In this document: positions 55,507 through 64,000 of the stretch, piece by piece
Numbering within the stretch: the first letter of the stretch is position 1
Layout of the letters: every line of letters starts with the position of its first letter
DNA from: Bryobacterales bacterium
GTDB taxonomy: Bacteria; Acidobacteriota; Terriglobia; Bryobacterales; UBA6623
Reading direction: 5' to 3'
Length of the DNA stretch: 64,000 nt
NCBI GenBank assembly: GCA_965205085.1
Contig: OZ242039.1
Coordinates: forward strand, 357,911 to 421,910
Translations under genes and position numbers: made by a program
The notes under the pieces: model-generated
What the model was told of the DNA's origin: nothing
What the model saw: the letters and a program-made list of their open reading frames with translations, nothing else
The model's database searches: none

Positions 55507-57292
55507 GTGTCTGCCAAAAAACCCTTTTTGGGCACGAGGTCTCGCTCGAAGGTGAAAACAATATCGATGACAAATGGTTGGATTAGGCCTGATTAGATCC
55601 GTCTGAGTGCCTGTCACTTCACCTCAAGGCCGCATTTGCAGCCGTTCTGAGGGCTCTCAACCGCCGCTTTGGCCGATCAGACACAGCTCCCCCTGCCGGG
55701 CCGTGGCCCGGCTCCCGACGGGGGCCCGAAACCGCTTCAGGCCGCCAGGCTGCACTGGGCAGCCTCGCGGTCCGCTTGCAGCAGGACCCGTCCCAGGCGG
55801 TGCAGGTTGGCCCCCAACACCGCCAGCGCCACGGTGCGCTCGAAGCCTGCCTTGCCCATCGTCCGCACCCGGTCCAGTCCGTGATGCTCCAGATGATTGA
55901 TCGCCGCCTCCACCGCCGAGTGCTGCCGCCGCGCCTTCCGAAACGACTCCTCGGCCTCCCGCTCCCGCTGGGCCGCGCTCAACTTGCCCTTCGCCGGTAG
56001 CGCATTCAGATCCAGCAGCTTGTCCAGCTTGATCCGATTCTCCGGACTGTGAAAGTTGCGGTCAAAACTGCACGCCCGCAGGTCCGGGAACAACTCCTGC
56101 GTCTCCTCGATAATCGGCTCCGCGATGTCCACGTCGCCGCCTTCCCACAGCACCTTGTGGTGCAGCAGAAACTGGTGCTGGTCCTCGACCACGCAGACCG
56201 GCACTCCCAGCTCCACCGGACAGCCGGCCTTGCCCTTCGAGATCCAGCGCGTGTGCGGCTCAAAGATCGAGAACACCTTCTCCTCCTGCGGAATCTTCTC
56301 GCCTTCCAGCAGCCGCCGCTCGGACTGGTCGATCTGACGCTCTGCATGGGCAATCAAGTCCTTGATTTGCTGGATCCTGGACTTCTTCATTCCTGCCTCC
56401 TCCAAGGCCTTCAGACTGCTCTTGGCGCGGCTGACCAAGTCCTTGCAGGTGCGCAGATAGGCCACCACCCGGGGACGCGTGGCCCGGCGCGTCTGCCGCA
56501 CCGCATGGAACAGTGAGCGCACCTTGCGGGCCTGCTTCTGCCACTGCCGCCAGCCCGTCACGCCGTGCGGACCGGCCTGCCGCCCCAGACACTTCAGCAA
56601 ACATCGCATGGCATCCCACAACAGCGAGACGTCGGTCGGATAGTGCACGTCGGTCTCGGCCACGAACGAGTCACACCGTCCGCGCAAGGCCTCACCCGCG
56701 CTGTGCTCCAGCACCGTGTGGCCCTCCTGCACCAGAACCTTGTTGATCGCTCCCAGCAACTCCGGCGTCAGCAGGGAGACATTGTCGAGCAGGCGCTGAT
56801 GCTTGTAGCGGGTCTCGTCGAACACGCCGTGGCCCAGCATCTGGCGCACCTGGTCGTGGTGATTGGCCAGGTTGCGGAGTCGGTCGAAGTCCAGGTTGAG
56901 ACCCTCTTTGAGCAGCCCCAGCACCAGAATCTGCCACAGGTCCAGCCCCGGTCGTCCGACCCCCCGCTTGACGTTGGCCAGCAAGTGCTTCTCCAGCAGG
57001 CCCATCACCTGGGTGTAGACCGCCGGCGTACAGAACAGATGCTGCAAGCCGCGCAGGACGGCCGTCGTGTCGTCGCGACAATCGAGTTCGATCTCCATCT
57101 TCTCGATCGACACCTGACCGATCTGCAGTTGTCGTTGGTGAATTTCGCGCATCAGGGTTTTCCCGTCCTCTGAAGATGGGCCGTTTCTGGCCCGATTCAG
57201 CCCCCAAGCGCCTGAAAACCGCTTTCTTGGGGCCGTCAAATCACTATTATACCACTGATATCAAAAGATTTCTAGGGTTTTCGGGCAGACAC
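55507..57292 (-). mobile_element. intact ISNCY-family-like insertion sequence (1786 bp) with inverted repeats and 6-bp TSD
   Basis: The ends are GTGTCTGCCAAAAAACCCT (55507-55525) and the reverse complement of agggttttcgggcagacac (57274-57292), which reads GTGTCTGCCCGAAAACCCT. GAGTTA directly flanks both ends (55501-55506 and 57293-57298). Confidence 0.88.
55737..57239 (-). CDS. ISNCY-family DDE transposase
   Basis: 500-aa ORF; the probable start is MREIHQRQLQIGQVSIEKMEIELD (57152). Blocks GRPGLDLWQILVLGLLK, RCDSFVAETDVHYPTDVSLLWDA, FEPHTRWISKGKAG, CSFDRNFHSPEN and RRQHSAVEAAINHLEHHGLDR match ISNCY-type transposases as I recall them. Confidence 0.88.
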   Translation of the reverse strand: MTAPRKRFSGAWGLNRARNGPSSEDGKTLMREIHQRQLQIGQVSIEKMEIELDCRDDTTAVLRGLQHLFCTPAVYTQVMGLLEKHLLANVKRGVGRPGLDLWQILVLGLLKEGLNLDFDRLRNLANHHDQVRQMLGHGVFDETRYKHQRLLDNVSLLTPELLGAINKVLVQEGHTVLEHSAGEALRGRCDSFVAETDVHYPTDVSLLWDAMRCLLKCLGRQAGPHGVTGWRQWQKQARKVRSLFHAVRQTRRATRPRVVAYLRTCKDLVSRAKSSLKALEEAGMKKSRIQQIKDLIAHAERQIDQSERRLLEGEKIPQEEKVFSIFEPHTRWISKGKAGCPVELGVPVCVVEDQHQFLLHHKVLWEGGDVDIAEPIIEETQELFPDLRACSFDRNFHSPENRIKLDKLLDLNALPAKGKLSAAQREREAEESFRKARRQHSAVEAAINHLEHHGLDRVRTMGKAGFERTVALAVLGANLHRLGRVLLQADREAAQCSLAA

Positions 57293-57311
57293 GAGTTAGG
57301 ATGGTCAAGGG

Positions 57312-58487
57312 ATGAGCAGCAGTCCCGATTGGACTTCCACGATGAGCCTCACGAGCCCCCTTGATTGGAACGCTGTGCGCTCCCATTTCCCTGTCCTTGA
57401 GGACTGGGCGCATCTCAACTCCGCTGCGTTTGGCCCGCTGCCAGCCCAGACTGTCGAGGCGATGAACCGGCACCTTGCGGCGCGGAATGAGAACGCCTCT
57501 CTCGACTTCGTGAACTGGTTCGACCGTCTCGATTGCGTCCGCGGCAAGGTGGCGACGCTGATCGGCGCGGAGGCCTCGGACATTGCGTTCTGCCCGAACG
57601 CTGGCGTTGGCCTGTCGTGGTTGTTGAGAGGCATCGAGTGGCGATCCGGTGACGAAATCCTCACACTGGAGCATGAGTTTCCGAACAACCTCTACGCTCC
57701 GATGGTCCTTCCGGATAGAGGCATTAGTGTACGGCCGCTGGCCCCACCTCAAGGCAGGTTCGATCCGGACCTGATTCTTGATGCGCTCGGTCCGCGGAGC
57801 CGTTTGGTACTGTTGAGTTCGGTCAACTATTCCAATGGTCTACGGGCCCCGCTCCAGGAACTGGGGCGCGAATTGCGCAGACGAGGGGTCCTGTTTTGCG
57901 TGGATGCGACGCAGAGCGTCGGGGTGCTGCGACTCGACCTGCGAGAGGTACCTGTTGACTACCTTGTGGTGCATGGGTACAAGTGGCTCGTCGCGCCTCC
58001 CGGTGCGGCGTTCGTCTACGTACCTGAACGAACGCGCGCCTGGTTGCCCCCGACCGTCGTCAGCTGGCGCAGTCACCATGCCTGGCGGGATTTCGAACGA
58101 TTGCACCACGGCCCGCCCGTGTTCCCGTCGGAAGCGTCGTTGTACGAGGGAGGGGTTCAGTGCTTCCCGGTCCTGTTCGGATTGGAAGCCTCCTTGGATC
58201 TGATTCTCTCCTGTGGTCCAGACGCTATCGAACAGCGCGCGCTCACGCTTGCGAACCACTGTGTGGAGATTCTCCGCGGCCACGGTGGTCAGAGCCTTCC
58301 GTCGCAGCCGTGTGATTCTCCCATAGTGTCAGCGGTGCTCCCGGGATACGACCCAGACCGGCTCCGGCACCGGTTCGTGGCGAGGAAGGTTGCGGTGTCG
58401 TTCCGTCAAGGCAACCTCCGTGTGTCGACACACTTCTTCAACAACCGGGACGACCTGTGCCGGTTTTCCGATGCGCTGGCGGCCTGA
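57312..58487 (+). CDS. class V aminotransferase-fold PLP enzyme (cysteine desulfurase / epimerase-like)
   Basis: 391 aa. Blocks LNSAAFGPLP, DIAFCPNAGVGLS, FCVDATQSVG and VVHGYKWLVAPPGAAFVYV (PLP-Lys context HGYKW) are present. Confidence 0.85.
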   Translation: MSSSPDWTSTMSLTSPLDWNAVRSHFPVLEDWAHLNSAAFGPLPAQTVEAMNRHLAARNENASLDFVNWFDRLDCVRGKVATLIGAEASDIAFCPNAGVGLSWLLRGIEWRSGDEILTLEHEFPNNLYAPMVLPDRGISVRPLAPPQGRFDPDLILDALGPRSRLVLLSSVNYSNGLRAPLQELGRELRRRGVLFCVDATQSVGVLRLDLREVPVDYLVVHGYKWLVAPPGAAFVYVPERTRAWLPPTVVSWRSHHAWRDFERLHHGPPVFPSEASLYEGGVQCFPVLFGLEASLDLILSCGPDAIEQRALTLANHCVEILRGHGGQSLPSQPCDSPIVSAVLPGYDPDRLRHRFVARKVAVSFRQGNLRVSTHFFNNRDDLCRFSDALAA

Positions 58488-58496
58488 CACCGAGGA

Positions 58497-59090
58497 TTAC
58501 CCCAGCGCTCGCAGGTCGCTGACTCGATTGACGTTCGCAAACGGGCCGAGTTCGGATGCGGGGAACTCGCACCATCTGATGCTGCGGAGCGCTTCGGAGA
58601 TTCTCCGTTGTCCCGCTTGCAGTTCACGGTTCAACGGCTTGAGTGCGGTCTTCGCGTAGAGGGCGAGCAGGGGCTGCAGTCGCCCGTCCGGTGTTCTGGG
58701 AATGACTGCGTCACCCGGTGAGCGGGCTGCCTGTTGGAGCATCGCAGCGAACGGGGCGGACCCAACCTTGGGCATATCGCACGCAGCTATCAGACACCAC
58801 TGTGTCTGACAGTGGCTGAGGGCGGTCACAATCCCTCCGAGTGGTCCCGCTCCTTCCAGTTCGTCCGGGGCTACCGGAAACCCCAGTCTTCCGTAGACGA
58901 CCGGGCTTCCGACGAACGTGACCTCGGAAACGTGTCTGCGGAGCGCGGAGGCGACAACGATCGCCATCGGACGTCCATCTACCGGGTGCAGACCCTTTGC
59001 CGACCCGAACCGGGAACTGCGGCCTCCCACCAGCACATAGCCCGCGACATCAAGGCTGATCGGATCGTTCCGGCCTGCCACGCTAGCCAT
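58497..59090 (-). CDS. mobA: molybdenum cofactor guanylyltransferase
   Basis: Start placed at MASVAGRNDPISLDVAGYVLVGGRSSRFG (the L-x-G-G-x-S-x-R-M/F-G motif). Further blocks are GPLGGIVTAL and LIAACDMP. The upstream 186 codons of the track ORF are non-coding-like. Confidence 0.85.
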   Translation of the reverse strand: MASVAGRNDPISLDVAGYVLVGGRSSRFGSAKGLHPVDGRPMAIVVASALRRHVSEVTFVGSPVVYGRLGFPVAPDELEGAGPLGGIVTALSHCQTQWCLIAACDMPKVGSAPFAAMLQQAARSPGDAVIPRTPDGRLQPLLALYAKTALKPLNRELQAGQRRISEALRSIRWCEFPASELGPFANVNRVSDLRALG

Positions 59091-59229
59091 GCTACCGGAC
59101 TCGGCCGATGCGTGGTGCAAGTGCCGTGCGATGCCAATCCTGCCGACGACTCGAACGGGATGGCCCGATTGGACTACGCGCCAAGGAGACCGTTCAGTCA
59201 ACTTGCAGAATGGTAACTGCGTAGGTACT

Positions 59230-59850
59230 CTGGATGCCGGACAACGATCAGCAGGCGGACCGGCACTTGACTTTCTGGCGGAGAAGCGGCAGCAGGCGGT
59301 CGAGTTGCCCCTCGCCCCCAGCCAGGAACGCTTGCGCCTGCAGTTGGTGCACCTTTGGGAGCGCTCCCCAGCCCCCGGCGGGGAGGCCATTGAGTGGTCC
59401 CTGCTGACCACGCTCCCGGTCACCTCGCTGGCGGCTACCGAGCGCGTGCTGATCTGGTACCGCCTCCGCCGGCGCATCGGGGACCGGCACCGGATTCTCA
59501 AGTCCGGCTGCGAGTCCGAGTCCCTGGGCACTGCACGGTCCAGCGCATGGCTTGGGCGGTCACGATCAAGGCCGTCATCGCCTGGCGCCTGGCTGCGCTC
59601 ACGTCGCTGGGCCGAGCCACTCCCGAGCTGATCGCCACGGTCTGCCACCCCCCTGCAGTTGCGCGTGCTGCGTGACTTCGCGACCCAACACTGGATGGAA
59701 CCGCCCCGTAACGTCGGTCTGGCGCTGCGCTCGATGGTGATTCTGGGTGGCTGCCTGTACCGCCCCCACGCCCCGTTCCCCGGGGAACCAAGAGATCTGG
59801 GAGGGCTGGACCCGCTTGTTGACCATGAGCGAAGTCTTCACTCTGTGCTA
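59230..59850 (+). pseudogene. IS4-family (IS50/Tn5-like) transposase C-terminal remnant, frameshifted
   Basis: Blocks are spread across three frames: GGEAIEWSLLTTLPVTSLAATERVLIWYRLRRRIGDRHRILKSGCESESLG, then RMAWAVTIKAVIAWRLAALTSLGRATPEL, then VGLALRSMVILGGCLYRPHAPFPG and LWEGWTRLLTMSEV. These parallel the Tn5 transposase C-terminal third (EPIEW-LLT-LPV, W-Y-R-x-R-W-x-I-E-x-x-H-x-x-L-K-S-G-C). Confidence 0.7.
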
Positions 59851-60240
59851 TACCTGCGCGCTACCTGCCAGGGTCTCGCTCGATGAGCTATGACTTTACT
59901 TATGGGGCATCGACGGGGCGCGGCAGCCGGGAAACCGCATTGTCGCGCGGCGGGGCGTCGATTCGCAGATCGACGACGCCCCGGCAACCGTGGGCGGAAG
60001 CATCCCCAAGAGAGACCGCCTGTCGCGCCGAACCCGGCCCTTCGCATGCTGGCGCATCCGGACCTGCAGCGGGGGCCAGAGACGGTCGGCCGCCCTCTCG
60101 CGTCCTAGGAGGCGGCTTGCAGGCCCGAGGCGGCAGACAGGTGCCGCATGGCGCAGAATCGCCCGCCGTGCTTCTTGCCGGGACCTGCATGGGCAATGAC
60201 GTTATGCTATCAATATGATGGCAATCTTGGGGGCCAGACG

Positions 60241-60501
60241 ATGGCAACGATCAACGTCAGACGAATCGACGACGATGTGGTGAACCGCCTCAAGCGTCGC
60301 GCTTCGTCGAACAATCGTTCCTTGGAGGGCGAGGTGCGGCACATCCTGGAATGCGCATCCGACGATGACATGGCGGCGAGACGCGCCGCGTTCCTGGAGG
60401 CGTCGGACCGGCTGCGGGAGAAGACCCGCGGGCGCAGGCAGACCCCTGCGGAATTGCTGATCCGCGAGGATCGCGACAGCGGCCACTGCGACGACTTCTG
60501 A
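60241..60501 (+). CDS. vapB: ribbon-helix-helix antitoxin (FitA/VapB-like)
   Basis: Start placed at MATINVRRIDDDVVNRLKRRASSNNRSLEGEVRHIL, a classic Arc/FitA-type N-terminus. Its TGA overlaps the ATG of the PIN gene (TGATG, 60499-60503). Confidence 0.85.
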   Translation: MATINVRRIDDDVVNRLKRRASSNNRSLEGEVRHILECASDDDMAARRAAFLEASDRLREKTRGRRQTPAELLIREDRDSGHCDDF

Positions 60502-60929
60502 TGCGCTTTGTCGTCGATGCGAGCGTGGCGGTCAAGCTCTTGGTTGACGAGCCGGATTCGAATGCCGCGCGGGAACTGACGGCGAGCGGCGAGGAGTTGC
60601 ACGCGCCGCGCCTGATGGTTTCCGAGGTTGCCAATGCGTTGTGGCGCAAGGTGCGGCTGGGCCAGATCGAGCGCGCCGATGCCGGCGCTGCCATGGTATT
60701 GCTGGTCGAAATGCCGATGCGCTGGAACAGCGACGAAAGCGTCAGCGCAGACGCGGTGCGGTTGGCGCTGGCCCTCGACCATCCGGTGTACGACTGCGTG
60801 TATCTCGCGCTTGCACACCGGATCGGCGGGATGGTCGTGACGGCGGACCGGCGATTCGCAACGGCCGTTGCACCGACCGAACACGGCGAGGCTGTGATGA
60901 CACTGGCAGCCTATGCTGAAACGCGATGA
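60501..60929 (+). CDS. vapC: PIN-domain ribonuclease toxin
   Basis: 142 aa. FVVDASVAVKLLVDE (first acidic residue), EVANALWRK, HPVYDCVYLALA and VVTADRRF are typical VapC/PIN blocks. Confidence 0.9.
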   Translation: MRFVVDASVAVKLLVDEPDSNAARELTASGEELHAPRLMVSEVANALWRKVRLGQIERADAGAAMVLLVEMPMRWNSDESVSADAVRLALALDHPVYDCVYLALAHRIGGMVVTADRRFATAVAPTEHGEAVMTLAAYAETR

Positions 60930-61206
60930 GCACGGAATTTCCGTCGATCACGCTCCAGTCACAGCGTGCCGCGCCTGGGGTGGCCGGCGGCGTGCAGGGG
61001 CATGATTCCATCGGAGGAATTGCATACAGGGCAGATTTGACAGAGTCGGACGGCGGGCCCAGACTCACTCCCGGGAGCATAGTGCTGCGGGAGTTTCCGA
61101 CAGATGCGGAACAGCGAGGAACGCGGGACCGCTGCCATGCGCGGCGCGGCGGCGAACGACAATACGCCGACCGGGGAGGCCGGTGGGAATCGGGAGACAG
61201 GAAGAC

Positions 61207-61495
61207 ATGACCCTTCGCTGCGCGCTCGATGCCCACTACTCGGCCGACCAGAAGCGGGCGGCCTCGATCGAGGACGATTTCCGCATCTCGCCGCGAGCGC
61301 GCCGCGCGCGAGAGCTGGAAGCTGGTGGGCGCATACAGGAACTCCGCCAAATCCGGCGACGGCCTCTGCTACGGTTACGACGTGGTGAAGGTGGTAGACG
61401 CCGCCGGCACCACCCCGCGCACCATCGCCCGGCGGCTGAACGACGAAGGACTACCCGGTCCGTCCGACAGGCTGTGGGCCGATTCCACTGGTCGG
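61207..61495 (+). pseudogene. large serine recombinase remnant (frameshift, internal deletion, truncated by IS66 end)
   Basis: MTLRCALDAHYSADQKRAASIEDDFRI parallels the R-x-A-x-Y-x-R-x-S-S-x-x-Q...S-I-x-x-Q start of serine recombinases, but the catalytic Ser position reads A. The next frame reads RERAARESWKLVGAYRNSAKSG, then jumps to YGYDVVKVVDAAGTTPRTIARRLNDEGLPGP..WADST, a recombinase-domain block. It ends where the IS66 terminal sequence starts (61496). Confidence 0.55.
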
Positions 61496-61856
61496 GTGAA
61501 TACCCAGGTCCTCGGCCTGACTCCGCGTTTCTAGCAGGGCTCGTGTTCTGACTGGCGCACCGTGCGGCGCGCTGTTGCGGCGACCGCCTGCCGTTGCAGG
61601 CCGTCTACTGCCCCGTGGGGCGAAGGCTCGGGGCTAGGCCCACCCGCTCCGGCAGGGCAGCCGGCCGCTGGTGCAGGGTCTCGATCGGCATCAGGCCCTG
61701 CTTGCGCCCCGTCGACAGCACACTGCGCAGCATGGCGAAGTTCTGGGCTCCTTGCAGCGAACGGAATCCTCCCGAGATCTTCATCCGCAGCTTCATCATG
61801 CGCAAGTCCTGCTGACCCTGATTGTTGGTCAACGGCACTCCCGGATCGAACTGCCG
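61496..61856 (-). mobile_element. IS66-family right-end remnant (terminal repeat + last ~80 codons of the transposase)
   Basis: 61496-61605 is colinear with the reverse complement of 37230-37336. The minus frame reads FDPGVPLTNNQGQQDLRMMKLRMKISGGFRSLQGAQNFAMLRSVLSTGRKQGLMPIETL (IS66 C-terminal signature). It is preceded by a TAG and has no upstream part. Confidence 0.8.
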
Positions 61857-62267
61857 GTTGCCCTAGGAAGTGCACGCGGGAGGAGGGTTCCAAGGGCCAG
61901 ATTGGCCTACCGTATGGGAGAAACCAAGGGTGAATCGACTACAGCAGCGAGGTGCCGAACTCTCGGCGGGATGTGCATTGACACGTTGCCACGGACAATT
62001 CCTTCGTACGGCGCTAACCGACGGGACGCGGGACGGGTGTTCCCGAAAGCAATGATGGATGTCTGCCTTCGGCAGCAACCCAACCCGATACTTGCGCCCA
62101 TTCCGGACGGCGGCGCTATGTGAAACGGCGAACGGCATCACTCAGCGGTTCTCGCCAGGCAAACGGATCGCTCGGACAGGGATGGAGGGGGCTGGATGCG
62201 CCGTCGGGGCGCGTGTGGCTTGCAATTCTCCGGCTGAACTGAGAGACTGTGCCACGAAAGGAGGCAT

Positions 62268-63164
62268 ATGTTTATGTCGGATACACGAAAGCACCCTAAT
62301 GCAGGTTGGCATGTCGCGCTGGCCTTGACCGTTGCATGCTTGCTCGGCGTAGCCTGTGGTGGCGGTCCGTCCGGACCGGCCCAGGGGACCCCCGAGTGGT
62401 ACATGCAAGCCGCAAAGGAGAATTTCGCCGTTCCTGATTTCACCAAGACCAGTGAGCAGTTGGAGGAAGTTGTCAGGGCCGGAGGTGACATCGGCGCGGA
62501 AGCGGCTGTCTGGCGCTTGGTGCTCAACGGAGGCCTGGCGCTTGGCTACGACGAGTTGGCCGATGCCTTTGTCGAAGGGACGGAAGTAACACCCGCGATG
62601 CTGGATGAGTTCCAGCCGTTCATCAACGAATATCGTCGACGGATTCGGGTGACTGCGATCGAGTTCGCGGAGGGAGTCGGTCCACTCAAGGGGCAGATCG
62701 ATGCCGGGGACACCGTGATGCTGAACGTTCCGCTCCCGAGTGGCAACGGCAGTGTCTCACCCCTGCTGGCCAGCGTAGAGGGGGGCAATCCGATCGGCGC
62801 ACAAGTTGATGCCATGGAGAATCAGACCCTGAACAGGGGAATCTTCACCGTGCTCTCCAGCCTGGCAGGTGACATGTCGTTTCAGGACCTGGTCGACAAG
62901 TCTGCAGCAGGTCCCATCGCGGTCCCTTCCGATGAGGTTGCGTTCGGCGTCGCAGAATTGCTCCTGCAGATGTCCGTCATGTTTGACCGGGCAGGCCTGA
63001 ATGAGCCAAAGATCCGCGAGCATGTCTTCGGCATGGCGCAGCAGTGGGGAGAGCCCCACTTCGATACTGAGAAGCTCGCTGACCGGGTGGAGGTGTTTCA
63101 GTTCGACGTCGAAAACGAACGTCGCGACATGGAGGGCAAGCGACGGATCAAGAAAGAAGAGTAG
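62268..63164 (+). CDS. hypothetical lipoprotein
   Basis: 298-aa ORF. AAAGGAGG lies upstream; the second ATG at 62274 has better spacing. Signal plus lipobox ALALTVACLLGVACGG. The body is acidic and helical-looking with no recognised family. Confidence 0.75.
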   Translation: MFMSDTRKHPNAGWHVALALTVACLLGVACGGGPSGPAQGTPEWYMQAAKENFAVPDFTKTSEQLEEVVRAGGDIGAEAAVWRLVLNGGLALGYDELADAFVEGTEVTPAMLDEFQPFINEYRRRIRVTAIEFAEGVGPLKGQIDAGDTVMLNVPLPSGNGSVSPLLASVEGGNPIGAQVDAMENQTLNRGIFTVLSSLAGDMSFQDLVDKSAAGPIAVPSDEVAFGVAELLLQMSVMFDRAGLNEPKIREHVFGMAQQWGEPHFDTEKLADRVEVFQFDVENERRDMEGKRRIKKEE

Positions 63165-63274
63165 CAACTGGGCGGACTGGCGGAACGGGTCTAGGGGTTG
63201 AGGTCGCGTCGTGCGCGGATCGTTCCCTGACTCCGATGGCCTGTGCCATTCAACGCTGATAGACTCTGTTTCTG

Positions 63275-64000
63275 ATGCGTTGGTCGAACGGAATCACTTC
63301 GCTGATACTGGCCGGATCGTTGGTGGTGGCGGCCAGTCGCGCTGTTGCCGCCTCGCCGAATGTGGTCTTGGTCTTGGCGGATGACCTCGGCTTCGGAGAT
63401 GTAGCGGCGCTCAATCCCGATTCGCGGATTCCCACGCCCGGCCTTGATGACCTTGCCTCGCAGGGAATGACCTTCCTGGATGCGCACACTCCTTCCAGCG
63501 TCTGTACTCCGACGCGATACGGATTGCTCACGGGCCGGTACTCGTGGCGGACACGCCTGAAGAGGGGCGTGCAGAACGGTTACGGTGAGCCGCTCCTGGC
63601 TGCGGACCGGGCGACGCTTGGCACGTTCCTCTCTGCCAACGGATATCGCACTGCGATCATCGGGAAGTGGCACCTGGGCTTGGGATTTGCGAGGACCGCG
63701 TCCGGCAAGTTCGATTTTGGTCAGACCGTCTCCGACGGGCCGCATACGCATGGCTTCGACGAATCGTTCATCATTCCTGCGTCGCTCGATTTCCCTCCGT
63801 ATGTTTTCATCCGCGACGGCAGCATCACCGGATTCCCGCTTGGTAGACAGCCGGCGCTGAAGTTCCCTCGATTCATGCGTGCTGGCGAGATTGCCCCTGA
63901 TCTGGACCCGGCTGATGTACTGGATGAACTCGCCCGCCAGGCGGCGGACTTCATTCGCCGCCAGTCGAGGAGGCCGGAACCGTTCCTGCTCTACCTGCCC
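63275..64000 (+). CDS. sulfatase (arylsulfatase-type), N-terminal 242 codons; 3' end runs off the window
   Basis: Absent from the track because there is no stop in the window. My translation reads MRWSNGITSLILAGSLVVAASRAVAASPNVVLVLADDLGFGDVAALNPDSRIPTPGLDDLASQGMTFLDAHTPSSVCTPTRYGLLTGRY...IIGKWHLG.... It contains the sulfatase signature C-x-P-x-R (CTPTR, the formylglycine site), the D-D-L-G metal site and the GKWHLG block. Confidence 0.9.
   Translation, partial: MRWSNGITSLILAGSLVVAASRAVAASPNVVLVLADDLGFGDVAALNPDSRIPTPGLDDLASQGMTFLDAHTPSSVCTPTRYGLLTGRYSWRTRLKRGVQNGYGEPLLAADRATLGTFLSANGYRTAIIGKWHLGLGFARTASGKFDFGQTVSDGPHTHGFDESFIIPASLDFPPYVFIRDGSITGFPLGRQPALKFPRFMRAGEIAPDLDPADVLDELARQAADFIRRQSRRPEPFLLYLP

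Overview
GC-rich bacterial chromosomal window (judged by eye; positions 1-1260 look less GC-rich). All family calls come from reading the ORF-track translations plus my own translations of two edge-truncated ORFs. No searches were run. About 30 intact genes of mixed housekeeping and envelope function are present. These include metH, ispG, tatA/tatC, mobA, a tricorn-type protease, a fused TRAP permease, an acyl-CoA synthetase, a PhoD-like phosphatase, a sulfatase, FG-GAP and BNR proteins, an rsbW/rsbV-like pair, and a 1642-aa secreted multidomain protein. Mobile-DNA debris is unusually dense. Three IS copies keep inverted repeats and target-site duplications: IS30 (TTC), ISNCY-like (GAGTTA) and IS66 (CCGGATGG, transposase decayed). 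There are also remnants of ISAs1, IS1634-like, IS4/IS50-like, IS481-like, two more IS30 right ends, a second IS66 end, decayed tyrosine and serine recombinases, and an Rpn-family nuclease. A degraded type I R-M operon carries an embedded hicBA pair, and a vapBC pair is present. Three items deserve the most attention. (1) A tightly coupled 4-gene operon (21063-26694) in which a P1B-type ATPase is covalently fused to an HflK-like SPFH domain, followed by a His-rich HflC-like protein, a second HflK-like protein and a small membrane protein. (2) A roughly 260-600 nt noncoding element present twice (4641-5263; 38772-39027 and continuing after an IS30 fragment). Its substitutions preserve base pairing, it has a GTGCGG 5' core, and one copy sits directly upstream of a PRiA4b-ORF3-like gene. 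(3) A lower-GC, translationally coupled pair at the left edge encoding a glycine-run protein and an unknown protein. No rRNA, tRNA or CRISPR array was found.
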